DNA of 64,000 nucleotides from a virus (IMGVR_UViG_3300047494_000107:1-64000), one strand, 5' to 3'. Positions 1 to 8,445 are shown, counted from the stretch's first letter. Program-made: numbers and translations. The notes: generated from the letters alone by a model not told the origin.

Positions 1-137
1 GTTCGTAATCTCCATTGGGGTTGTCCGTCTCAGTGAGCAAAGATTACCGTGACTAACGGTGTAGCGCAAGCCTTATTTTGGGCTTTGAGCGGAAAAATCC
101 GTATCAAGACCATCGGATGCGGCGGCGACGTGTCAGG

Positions 138-392
138 CTAGGCCAGTGCGGATTCAAGTGATCCGTAACGCACGATATCTCGGGCGAGCTGGGTGGGCCT
201 GTAGTCGACTATTGCGTCGCCTTCGCGGTTGGTCCAGAGAATGTTGCGCCCGACTAGTGCCTTGATTGTGCGCACACCCTGCATCGCAGTCTTGAAGTGT
301 GCATCGCCTGCGAAAGTAAAGCCTGATTGCACAGCCTCTTGAACGGTTCGCATCTCAATCTTGGTTAGTTCTTTGGTCCTGTAGTGTGTCAT
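138..392 (-). CDS. hypothetical phage protein (84 aa)
   Basis: ATG ORF co-oriented with neighbours; begins MTHY like the adjacent ORF; no recognisable motif. Confidence 0.6.
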   Translation of the reverse strand: MTHYRTKELTKIEMRTVQEAVQSGFTFAGDAHFKTAMQGVRTIKALVGRNILWTNREGDAIVDYRPTQLARDIVRYGSLESALA

Positions 393-433
393 GGCTTGTC
401 TCGTTTCCAGGGGTTTGAGGGGGCGGCGAAGTG

Positions 434-775
434 CTAGAGAGTGACGTGAGTCAGTTCAGCATTAATACGGGTGAAGTGTTCATCCCGGAGTCTCGCCGAC
501 AAGCCGACATGGTCAAACGCCTTGAACGCTTTGCGCGCCTCGGTCAGTGAAGTGTGATAGCTGGTGTTTTCTCCACGAATCCACCGGCCGCCACCCGACA
601 CGCGATAGACGCGGTAAATGCTTGGCGCGCGCTCAAGCGTGACATAGCTTTCGGCGTTGACAGCGTGCGTTCCGCGGAATTCGACAAGTCCGCGCGCCAT
701 CCCATACGCCGTGAGAGCGCCGCGCGTGGTGTAAATCTTACGCTCGCCGGCTTTGTTATCGCTGTAGTGTGTCAT
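434..775 (-). CDS. hypothetical phage protein (113 aa)
   Basis: ATG ORF with AAGGA RBS and an upstream TTGACC-N17-TAGTCT promoter-like sequence. Confidence 0.65.
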   Translation of the reverse strand: MTHYSDNKAGERKIYTTRGALTAYGMARGLVEFRGTHAVNAESYVTLERAPSIYRVYRVSGGGRWIRGENTSYHTSLTEARKAFKAFDHVGLSARLRDEHFTRINAELTHVTL

Positions 776-861
776 GGGCGTAATCCTTTGGTTGCTTGCT
801 GAAAATGAGACTACGCAGGATGCGGGGTCAGGTCAAGCGCAGGTGTATCAAGAGCTAGTTA

Positions 862-901
862 AGAATCGTTCGCAACTGGGCGTCTAATTGCGAACGATTC
901 T
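862..901. repeat. perfect 14-bp inverted repeat with 12-bp spacer, just downstream of the recombinase
   Basis: AGAATCGTTCGCAA (862-875) / TTGCGAACGATTCT (888-901); no U-tract follows. Confidence 0.8.
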
Positions 902-915
902 CAATTGCAATTGGC

Positions 916-1818
916 TCACTCGGGCAGTCTCATACCGCTCGACTCTCCCGGCCTTGCATGCACGTAACGGCTTGTAGTTACTAGACTTTCATGGCCCAAT
1001 GTTGCCTGTAGTGTTGCAATCGGCGCACCTCGGTCAAGCGAATGGCTTGCATGGGCGTGCCGCAACCAATGGGCTGATACCGTTTCGGGTAGGCCAGCTA
1101 ATGATACAGCCTGCTTCACAATTCTGTGTATTGTAGAGCTAACAGGTTGTCCACCACTTGCGTTTCCGAATACATAATCGGTAATCTTGCAATTTGCATG
1201 TTGCAGTGCACAAATTTTCTGCCATGCCTTGCCGTAGACCAGCACAACCCGCCCTTTGCCGCCCTTGCCGTGCACCGAGATCTGACCGCGACCATCGCCT
1301 CGGTCTGTCAGGTCACACCAACGAATCCCCGCCAGCTCGGAGATTCGGAATCCCCCGCTATACAGCGTTCGGACGATGGCCGAATGCCGGTCACCAAGGC
1401 TATCAGCCGCAGCCAAGAGGCGGAGCATGTCGGACTCGCTCATGATGCGCGCCGCTCGATCATTGCGCACGGTGGGCAGGCTGATGGCCGTCGCCACGTT
1501 GGCGAGCGTGCCGCGAGCTTGCAGGTAACCCGTCGTGTGGGCGTAGCTGTATAGTGACTTGATGGCCGCGAGCCGCTGAGCACGGGTTGCTGGCGCGCCT
1601 TGCATGCCGTCGGCGTAGTCCTGCAGCGCCACCGCGGTGACCTGGTGCAGTGGCAGCCGCACCGCCGCTCGGAACGCCGCCACGGCGTCTCTGTAAGCCC
1701 GCCACGTGGCCGGCGAGCCGCTATGTCGCCTGAGCCATAGGTCGACCATGGCATCGTCTGTTGCCGCCCCTGACCAGTCTGCCGGGCTCGGTGCCCTATC
1801 AACCACTGCTAGGTCCAT
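916..1818 (-). CDS. tyrosine recombinase / integrase (XerC/D-like)
   Basis: Catalytic motifs GFRISEL, VHGKGGK, HWLRHAHASH and LGHESLVTTSRY; N-terminal core-binding domain; GGAGG RBS. Confidence 0.95.
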   Translation of the reverse strand: MDLAVVDRAPSPADWSGAATDDAMVDLWLRRHSGSPATWRAYRDAVAAFRAAVRLPLHQVTAVALQDYADGMQGAPATRAQRLAAIKSLYSYAHTTGYLQARGTLANVATAISLPTVRNDRAARIMSESDMLRLLAAADSLGDRHSAIVRTLYSGGFRISELAGIRWCDLTDRGDGRGQISVHGKGGKGRVVLVYGKAWQKICALQHANCKITDYVFGNASGGQPVSSTIHRIVKQAVSLAGLPETVSAHWLRHAHASHSLDRGAPIATLQATLGHESLVTTSRYVHARPGESSGMRLPE

Positions 1819-1847
1819 TGCCTACCCTCCTCGGTGCCACCATGGCA

Positions 1848-1877
1848 CACGCAATATAATGCTAATTGTCTTGCGTG
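1848..1877. other. dif-like putative recombination site (two arms around a 6-bp spacer)
   Basis: CACGCAATATAA-TGCTAA-TTGTCTTGCGTG; arms 10/12 complementary; 30 bp upstream of the recombinase start. Confidence 0.6.
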
Positions 1878-1958
1878 GTTCAAGGGGCAAAGCGCGCTCG
1901 ATGCAACCTGACTACGCGCCATGCGGACCCGCATCGTGCGTAGTCATATATCTAGCGA

Positions 1959-1971
1959 TATCAACGGGTTA
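1959..1971 (+). promoter_or_regulatory. IHF consensus site
   Basis: TATCAACGGGTTA matches WATCAANNNNTTR in the intergenic region next to the recombinase. Confidence 0.45.
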
Positions 1972-2128
1972 GCCCGATGGGGGCGGCAGGTGCGGGACTT
2001 GTCGGACAATCCTCGGCGATACGGCTTACCACCCCGCGAAAAATTTAGCTAAATATATGGTTTTCAAGTGTTTTTACGTTGACACTTCGTAAAGCCGTCG
2101 TATCTTGATTATGCGGTCAGGTTTTAGC

Positions 2129-2590
2129 TTATATTGCAGTGTAGTCTAAACCCTCGGGGTCGGGTCCGCGCATCACGCACGGTATATGCTCGCCTGGCTT
2201 AAACGAGCGACAGAGCGCCGGACGGTTATCGTAGTCGCCGCATTTACCGTCGCGCGTAAGGTTCGGGCACCACAAAACCCATGCGCCGCTCTGGCGCCGG
2301 TATAGCGGCATGAACGGAAGCCCTATCGCGGCACAGTCGCCAGTAAGGCGGTCTCCGTTGCCGGCAACGTATGGCTGACCGTTTTCCAGGTACGTCGGTA
2401 TCGTGGCGAGTTCGACCAGCAAGTCTAAATGCAAAGCGCCCCGTTTGAAGTCGCCTGCAGCCAGCACAATGTTGCGGCAGCAGAACCCAGGCGCGAAGCA
2501 CGAACCGCAGTCTACTGCGACTTTCGGTTTGCGCGGTCGGTCTGGGTCTACGTGCTTAGGGTATTCGCATTCGTCGTCGGGTTTGTTCAT
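2129..2590 (-). CDS. YkgJ-family cysteine cluster protein (Zn/Fe-S)
   Basis: CGSC..GFCC and CPNL...GKCGDYDNRPALCRSF patterns. Confidence 0.8.
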   Translation of the reverse strand: MNKPDDECEYPKHVDPDRPRKPKVAVDCGSCFAPGFCCRNIVLAAGDFKRGALHLDLLVELATIPTYLENGQPYVAGNGDRLTGDCAAIGLPFMPLYRRQSGAWVLWCPNLTRDGKCGDYDNRPALCRSFKPGEHIPCVMRGPDPEGLDYTAI

Positions 2591-2905
2591 CTGCTTGCCG
2601 TCCGTGTATTGCAGTGTGTAAGGGGCGCCGTCACGCAGAGTAGTTCAGGACGGCGGAGAACCGCCAGGAACCGAGCGGAACCAACAAGAACCCGTTCCCT
2701 GTGGAACCGGAGGTTGTCGGTCTCTCCCGACTGTCACGCCGTCTCTCGGTAGGGCGTTCCCGGCTGGCTGGTCCAGCAACCATCCCCGCGCGCGGCAGGG
2801 ATTTCGTAGGGTGCCCCGATCCAGCAAAGGATCGCTCGGGGCCACACAATCTCGTAAGTTAGCTTCCGCTATCCCCTCTGCTGGAATCTCGTGGCGCTTA
2901 CTTGT

Positions 2906-3271
2906 TTAGTAGCTGGGTGACTGCATTTTGAAGGTATCTGTTTTGCACGTATACATCTCGCCCTTGGCGCCGCGGATGATCCAGTCGCCGGGGCACACTA
3001 CGTGGCCGTTTTCTAAGGTGTCGATCCATCCGTGATCGTGCATCACATTGCCGCAACGCTCGCACTGACGTGTTCCAGAGTCATCAGGTCGGCGATAGTA
3101 TCGGACGACGCTGCCTTCCCGCCCGCGTTCGCGCCGGTATTCACCAGAGAAAACGGTCAGTTCTCCGTCCTCAAAGCCGTATTGATCTTCGGAGTAGTCT
3201 GCGGGGTGATCGCCGTTACGGAACCATTGCGTCGCTTCAATTACGACCGACTTTTCGCGGGATAACGCCAT
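2906..3271 (-). CDS. conserved phage protein (VVIEATQW...PGDWII type)
   Basis: KSVVIEATQW at the N-terminus and VCPGDWIIRGAKGEMYTCK near the C-terminus; start reassigned to ATG 3271. Confidence 0.7.
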   Translation of the reverse strand: MALSREKSVVIEATQWFRNGDHPADYSEDQYGFEDGELTVFSGEYRRERGREGSVVRYYRRPDDSGTRQCERCGNVMHDHGWIDTLENGHVVCPGDWIIRGAKGEMYTCKTDTFKMQSPSY

Positions 3272-3291
3272 TTTAGCCCCTGTGTTGAAAG

Positions 3292-3609
3292 CTACAAATA
3301 CCCTGCAGACGTGGCCGCCATGACGAGGTCGGCGCGGGCGCAGTTGCCGTTGTCGGTCGCGTCTTGTATCAGATCGCCGTAGCATGGCCAGCACTCATAG
3401 CGCGGCAGGCATTCATAGACGTACCACTTGCGGATACCTGCGCACGCGAGGCACGTCTTGAACGAGGCGCCTTGGTTGTCCCACACGCCTGACACATACT
3501 CGTATGTGTCGCCGACCTTGATCGTCCCGTCGCACTCGCAGCAGCGGTGCTCCCTGCGAGCCCTGCGGATGGTTGTCGTCATCGTGGCTGGCGGGTCGCA
3601 GTCACACAC
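3292..3609 (-). CDS. Cys-rich putative zinc-binding phage protein
   Basis: RARREHRCCEC...KTCLAC; GTG start at 3609. Confidence 0.7.
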   Translation of the reverse strand: MCDCDPPATMTTTIRRARREHRCCECDGTIKVGDTYEYVSGVWDNQGASFKTCLACAGIRKWYVYECLPRYECWPCYGDLIQDATDNGNCARADLVMAATSAGYL

Positions 3610-3614
3610 GGCAG

Positions 3615-3722
3615 TTACTCGTCCGGCTGTGTGAAGACGATGACTACGCCGTCCCGAGCAACGACGCCCGACGCGATACACTCTTGGGGTTTCTTGGTGG
3701 CGTCACCGTCATAGTCAGCCAT
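3615..3722 (-). CDS. small hypothetical protein (35 aa)
   Basis: ATG 3722 after GGAG; fills the gap between fic and the next gene. Confidence 0.4.
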   Translation of the reverse strand: MADYDGDATKKPQECIASGVVARDGVVIVFTQPDE

Positions 3723-3723
3723 C

Positions 3724-4194
3724 TCATTTCTCCATAACAATCGGTTGCGACTTGTTCGCCGCCAGTGTCTGGTAGTACCAGCGGTGCAGGAACGGCAAGC
3801 TGAACGGGTCTTGCCTGTGTGCTTGCATGCTCCAGGCCCAGATGATGCGCCCGGTTCGACCGTTGCCATCCATGAACGGGTGCAGGGTCTCGAACTCGAC
3901 GTGGGATTGCCACGGGTCGGCGCCTTCGGACACCCAGGTCGCCAGGCCCCGCAGTTGCCCGCGCATCATGGGACCGCCCGGAGGGGCGATGTGATTGGCG
4001 ACACGGACGTTCATGCCTCTGCGTGTGCGGAGCGGCATGCCGGGTGCGTAGACGGCTTGCACGGCGCAGATGCTGTCGACGTCGAGCTGCTCCAAGCCGA
4101 GGAAGTGCTTGGACGCGGCGAACTCGTCAGGCGTCACCTCACGGTGAATACCTTCGATCGCGTTGCTCTCTGTGAGGAAGGCGAGGAGTGCCAT
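3724..4194 (-). CDS. Fic-domain protein (putative AMPylase) with N-terminal inhibitory motif
   Basis: Canonical HPFMDGNGRTGR and an SNAIEG autoinhibitory motif; start ATG 4194. Confidence 0.9.
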   Translation of the reverse strand: MALLAFLTESNAIEGIHREVTPDEFAASKHFLGLEQLDVDSICAVQAVYAPGMPLRTRRGMNVRVANHIAPPGGPMMRGQLRGLATWVSEGADPWQSHVEFETLHPFMDGNGRTGRIIWAWSMQAHRQDPFSLPFLHRWYYQTLAANKSQPIVMEK

Positions 4195-4198
4195 GACA

Positions 4199-5551
4199 CT
4201 AGTCCTTGAACGGGTCGAACTCGCCGTTTCCCGCCATGACGACGGCAAACGGCCGAAGAGTGTGCAGCACCTTCACCGACCCGGCATGGTGCGCCAGCAC
4301 GTCCGGTAAGCGACGATACGCCATCGGGCTTTCATCAAGGTCGCCGCCGATCAGCGTCACGCCGCGCTCGGTCAGCCATGCGTCCATCTGAGCGCGTTGG
4401 AAAGTGCGGATCGCTTGCTTGCGGCCGAACAGCCGGCCCGCGCCATGAACGGTCGAATAGAGGGCGAACTTCGCCTTCGGGCAATCGACGCCTTCCAGGA
4501 TCACCGCGTCGTCGCCCATGCTGCCGCCGACGAAGCCGCGCTGGCCCGGGAACGCCGGCGTCGCGCCCTTGCGTACCACCCATAGATCGCGCCCGTCGTG
4601 CGTCTCGCGCCACGCATAGTTGTGGTGGTTGTGGATCATGTCGGTGACCGCGCCTCCGATGATCTGGCGCACACGCTCAACCACCCATTCCCGGCCGGCG
4701 TAGGCGTAGCGCCCGGCAAGTTTCATGGCGGCGATGTACCGGCGGCCAATCTCGCTATCCTCGTCGACCACGGCCGGCGGGACGTGCATGCCATCCTTGC
4801 CGCCTGACAGTTTGAGATATTTCGTGGCGCTGGTGTGGCCCAAGCCTCGGCTGCCGAAGTGAACGCCGATCCACACGAACCCGCCGTCATCGCGCATCAG
4901 GTCGACGTAGTGGTTGCCTGATCCGACCGTCCCGAGTTGACCGGCCGCCTTGGCGCGGTAGTCCGTCATGTCTGCCGCGCGCCAAGCGTCCGCGTCGTCC
5001 AGCAGTTCGTGTTCGACCCGATCGGCATTCGTGCGGCCCACGCCGAACGACACGGCGCTTGCTATGTCGCGGGTGATTTGGCTCACGCGGTCGGCGATGT
5101 CGGTGAACGGCACATCGAGCCGGACCGCCATGTTGCCGCAGGCGATGTCGAACCCGACGCCGCTGATACTGATCTGGCGCTCGTAAGCGACGACGCCGCC
5201 GACCGGCTGGGCATATCCCAGATGCCCGTCAGCGCAGATGACGCCGGCCACAGCGTTGCCGACGCTCATGCAATTGCGCATCTGGGCAATCGTCGCTTCG
5301 TCATGTTCGCCCATCACCGTGAGCGGACTGTTCTGATACGCCATATCCTGCGGGCGCATGTTCACGATCTCGGCCGCAAACTTGGCAGCTTCGTCCGCAT
5401 TTTGTTGCGCCCGCGCCTGATCGCGGAACGAACACCACGCGGGCATCGTGCGGTCGCTGCCGGGGATGGCGATGCGTTCGTCGGGCTGCAGGCCGGCGGC
5501 GGTCGCCATGTCTCGGCAGCGCTTTTCTAGCGGGTCTACACGACGCGGCAT
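4199..5551 (-). CDS. rtcB: RtcB-family RNA ligase
   Basis: ADGHLGY, GFDIACG, GTVGSGNHY, HFGSRGLG, HNHHNY, RKGA, GSMG, HGAGR and DESPMAYR motifs. Confidence 0.95.
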   Translation of the reverse strand: MPRRVDPLEKRCRDMATAAGLQPDERIAIPGSDRTMPAWCSFRDQARAQQNADEAAKFAAEIVNMRPQDMAYQNSPLTVMGEHDEATIAQMRNCMSVGNAVAGVICADGHLGYAQPVGGVVAYERQISISGVGFDIACGNMAVRLDVPFTDIADRVSQITRDIASAVSFGVGRTNADRVEHELLDDADAWRAADMTDYRAKAAGQLGTVGSGNHYVDLMRDDGGFVWIGVHFGSRGLGHTSATKYLKLSGGKDGMHVPPAVVDEDSEIGRRYIAAMKLAGRYAYAGREWVVERVRQIIGGAVTDMIHNHHNYAWRETHDGRDLWVVRKGATPAFPGQRGFVGGSMGDDAVILEGVDCPKAKFALYSTVHGAGRLFGRKQAIRTFQRAQMDAWLTERGVTLIGGDLDESPMAYRRLPDVLAHHAGSVKVLHTLRPFAVVMAGNGEFDPFKD

Positions 5552-5554
5552 CAG

Positions 5555-5950
5555 TTACCCTCCCATTCCTCGGACAAGCCCTTTCAGTGCCAGTGCGTGC
5601 ATGTGGTCGGCAAGCGTCTTCGTGCCCATGCCGTTGAGGCGCTGAGCGAACAGTTCGACCAGCGACAGTTCCGAGTCGTAGATCCTGTCATCGGCCAGCG
5701 GCGGTATGCAGGCGTAGACGGTGCCCGAGCCGGTGCTGTCGGCGTAGCTTTCGAACGGAACAGCCGTGGCGCATTCAGTGTTGGGCGGCGGCCCCATGCT
5801 GTTGAGCCGCGTCGACATGAGGCTGTACCACAGCGTCTGGTCGGTCTGAGCTTGGCTGGCGGCGAGGACGCTGCTTTCACCGCAGTCGATGTTGGACACG
5901 CCGAGCGTTGCGCAGATGACGAATGCGCCAGGCAGTAGGATGCTAGACAC
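5555..5950 (-). CDS. hypothetical exported protein
   Basis: GTG 5950 after GGAGG; hydrophobic N-terminus; upstream TTGACA-N16-TATCAA promoter. Confidence 0.6.
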   Translation of the reverse strand: MSSILLPGAFVICATLGVSNIDCGESSVLAASQAQTDQTLWYSLMSTRLNSMGPPPNTECATAVPFESYADSTGSGTVYACIPPLADDRIYDSELSLVELFAQRLNGMGTKTLADHMHALALKGLVRGMGG

Positions 5951-6020
5951 GCCACCTCCTCGCGTTTGATACAGACTCCTTGATACGCGTTGCCGCCGTT
6001 GTGTCAACGATTATCTGGCG

Positions 6021-6494
6021 TTACAGTGGCTCTGTGACGACAGGACTTGGGTGTCGCACCGTCTTAGCCACGGCCTTGAAGATGATGTAGGTTGACTTCG
6101 GGTCTGACATAGCCGCGCTACGTTCGGCGAAGGCTTTTGCGGCCTCGAAAGTTGGGTGGGTCATTTGGGTTTCGCCGAACATAACGGCGTCCGACCCGCT
6201 CTTTAACCCCACCAAGAAAGGGCCACCAGTGGTGTCTACGAGACGCATTTTCATGCTCGTATCTCCTGGAGGAGTGGAGTTATCCGGGAAAGACTGGGTG
6301 GAGTTCGCCCATCCTATGAGATTATATGAGTTTGGTATCGGCTTTAAGTCACCGTCAATATCCGCGTACCACTTGTCCTTGGTGGTAAACCAAGTGCATT
6401 TATTAAACCAAACAATAGGTAACGGCCCTGAGACACGTGATGCGAATATGGCTATTGCGCGTCCGTCTTTAGGTGCGGTTTTCATTGGGTTCAT
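6021..6494 (-). CDS. phage protein with TAPKDG (DUF551-like) N-terminus
   Basis: MNPMKTAPKDGRAI; ATGA overlap with upstream gene; lower GC. Confidence 0.6.
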   Translation of the reverse strand: MNPMKTAPKDGRAIAIFASRVSGPLPIVWFNKCTWFTTKDKWYADIDGDLKPIPNSYNLIGWANSTQSFPDNSTPPGDTSMKMRLVDTTGGPFLVGLKSGSDAVMFGETQMTHPTFEAAKAFAERSAAMSDPKSTYIIFKAVAKTVRHPSPVVTEPL

Positions 6495-6658
6495 GCGTCC
6501 TCCAATATCTTCGCTGCGGCAGGCGCCAACGGTCGAGGCTTCGGTGCCGCGACGACCGTACAAGGCTCATCAGGCGGCCTGCGGTTCTTCGGGTTGTCAC
6601 GTAGCGTCGAACGGCGAATGGCCTTGGTTTTGACCAGTACTGCGCGGTTCACCGGCAT
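6491..6658 (-). CDS. small basic hypothetical protein (55 aa)
   Basis: Start/stop overlaps on both sides (TGATG, ATGA). Confidence 0.45.
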   Translation of the reverse strand: MPVNRAVLVKTKAIRRSTLRDNPKNRRPPDEPCTVVAAPKPRPLAPAAAKILEDA

Positions 6659-7041
6659 CAATGCACCACGGCGCCCGGCGGCGTCCCTTTGTCCATGGCG
6701 CCTGGGATCACCTGAAGCCCGAGCGCGGACAGTTCGTCTGCGTTGAGGCTTGAGATCGACACCTTCCCTTTGCTCGTCGCGATCAGCGGGGCGTAGAAGG
6801 GAAGGTCGCTGGTCAGCGCCGCCCATCGAACGGCCAGCGCCTCAAACGTCCGGATGATCGCGTCTTCATTCGGGACCTCTAGAAGGTACAGAGTGTTCGG
6901 CTTGATCGACAGCACCTCTAGCTGCGCCATGATATGCGTCTCGACAAGGATCGCGGCTTCGATCAGCACGTCCCGGTTGGCGACGCTGCGGTTTTTCTCC
7001 GCCATGCTGCGAAGACGATCCGAGATTTGGCTAGGTGTCAT
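6658..7041 (-). CDS. hypothetical phage protein (127 aa)
   Basis: ATG after GGAGG; first gene of the leftward operon. Confidence 0.65.
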   Translation of the reverse strand: MTPSQISDRLRSMAEKNRSVANRDVLIEAAILVETHIMAQLEVLSIKPNTLYLLEVPNEDAIIRTFEALAVRWAALTSDLPFYAPLIATSKGKVSISSLNADELSALGLQVIPGAMDKGTPPGAVVH

Positions 7042-7064
7042 GCAACCCCTCCGTTGGAGCGGTC

Positions 7065-7192
7065 ATGATACACGCGCTGTATCATCCGTCAACAAATGGC
7101 TGAAAGCGACGCGAACGGCCCCGTTTTCGGCGTAGAACGGTCAAAACTGTATCAAAAGCAAGGCTTGACCGACACACGCCGAAGTGTATCAT
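7065..7192. promoter_or_regulatory. divergent promoter pair with palindromic operator
   Basis: Minus strand TTGACG-N16-TATCAT; plus strand TTGACC(7165)-N16-TATCAT(7187); palindrome ATGATACA-CGCGC-TGTATCAT at 7065-7085. Confidence 0.65.
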
Positions 7193-7193
7193 A

Positions 7194-7424
7194 ATGGCCA
7201 TGTCGGATACGCCGCTTACCAACCGCGCCAAGTCGCTCATGGTGTCATTGCAGAAATTCGGGCCGATCGGCACCGGGGTCGCGGCGTCTCTTGGGGTCGA
7301 ATCCGTGATGTCGGCCTTGTCGAACCGCGGCTATGTGTCGCTGCAGGCGGTCGAGGACGCGCGGTTGGCGATCTGGGAGTTGACAGCGTCTGGCTTGGCG
7401 ACCGTGGCGTCGTTCAAGCTGTAA
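7194..7424 (+). CDS. small putative winged-helix DNA-binding protein
   Basis: AL..RGYV...WELTASG wing-like ending; first gene of the rightward operon. Confidence 0.5.
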   Translation: MAMSDTPLTNRAKSLMVSLQKFGPIGTGVAASLGVESVMSALSNRGYVSLQAVEDARLAIWELTASGLATVASFKL

Positions 7425-7450
7425 ACACTCTGGTACAAGGGCTACACGGA

Positions 7451-7654
7451 ATGATCAAAGCGATGGCGGCGTACTGGCTGGTTGGCTGTCTGCTGATCGG
7501 CTGGCTGCTGGGAAGAAGCCCAGGGCTCAATTTGCCGCTCACGCAGACCGCGGCAGCCGTTGTGGTGTGGCCGGTCGTGGCGATCGACCTTGGGTATCGC
7601 CTTGTCAGCCCTGTGCCTGTCCAGGCGCCCCAAGCGGCGCCCGTTAAGAAGTGA
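7451..7654 (+). CDS. small membrane protein
   Basis: Two hydrophobic segments; ATG 7451; GTGA overlap with next gene. Confidence 0.6.
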   Translation: MIKAMAAYWLVGCLLIGWLLGRSPGLNLPLTQTAAAVVVWPVVAIDLGYRLVSPVPVQAPQAAPVKK

Positions 7655-7839
7655 GCGACGGAGTGACAAGCTACACCGACTTGGCGACTTGGACGGATGT
7701 GCAGCTCGCCAGGGAGTTGTTCCACCTCAAGCAGGAGTTGGAGGAGGCGCATTTGATCGTCGACGAGAATGATGCGGATATCCTGGCGATTCGCGGTGAG
7801 TTGGCACGCCGAGCCGAAGAGCGCGGAGCCGTTCGGTGA
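7651..7839 (+). CDS. small coiled-coil protein
   Basis: Heptad-like acidic helix; coupled start/stop overlaps. Confidence 0.6.
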   Translation: MSDGVTSYTDLATWTDVQLARELFHLKQELEEAHLIVDENDADILAIRGELARRAEERGAVR

Positions 7840-7991
7840 GTGATCTTCCGCCCATTGACTGGCGCAACGCGACACTTGCGTTCGCTAAGCTCGCCGACGA
7901 AAGGACAGACGCGTTGAGGGAGATTGCCGAGGCGCCAGACGAGATTCCGGCTGATGCGTTGCGCGAGATCGCGCGGCAGGCGCTGCTATGA
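7836..7991 (+). CDS. small hypothetical protein (51 aa, not in the ORF track)
   Basis: GTG 7836 overlaps the previous stop and TGA overlaps the next ATG; reads MSDLPPIDWRNATLAFAKLADERTDALREIAEAPDEIPADALREIARQALL. Confidence 0.55.
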   Translation: MSDLPPIDWRNATLAFAKLADERTDALREIAEAPDEIPADALREIARQALL

Positions 7992-8440
7992 CAGTCGCGC
8001 AGCACGCCTACGCCGAACTGGTCGACGCCGGCCTCCACGACACGATGATCGCTGATCATGTGCTGGAACTGGCGCGAACGTACGACGCACAGCGGCACAA
8101 TGACGGTAGCCGGGTGATCGACGTGTTCACGCGCGTGGCGGCAGGGTTGCCGTTGACGCATCTTCTTGGCGGGGATGATGAGTGGTGGCCGCCGCTGAAT
8201 GGGATTGAGCAGAACAAGCGCTGTGCGTCGGTGTTTCGGGATGCGACTGGTCAAGCATATGACACGATGGCGTTCGTGTTTGAGAATCCGACGACGGGCG
8301 CGCGGCATGTGTCGGAGCGGTCGCACCTGAAAGTGACGTTTCCGTACTATCCGCGTCCGAGGATCGTGCAGATGTCACCTCCGGGGGCTGTTGATGGCCC
8401 GTTGCCTGTTGCGGGTCAGCCGGCGCCTGAGATAGAGTAG
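7988..8440 (+). CDS. conserved hypothetical phage protein (150 aa)
   Basis: PLTHL.G.DDEW...QNKRCASVF...VTFPY pattern typical of a common phage family. Confidence 0.65.
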   Translation: MTVAQHAYAELVDAGLHDTMIADHVLELARTYDAQRHNDGSRVIDVFTRVAAGLPLTHLLGGDDEWWPPLNGIEQNKRCASVFRDATGQAYDTMAFVFENPTTGARHVSERSHLKVTFPYYPRPRIVQMSPPGAVDGPLPVAGQPAPEIE

Positions 8441-8445
8441 TGTGC

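Noticed and set aside
2600-2900. tRNA gene near rtcB
   Set aside because: No cloverleaf with a proper T-loop, D-loop and acceptor stem could be built
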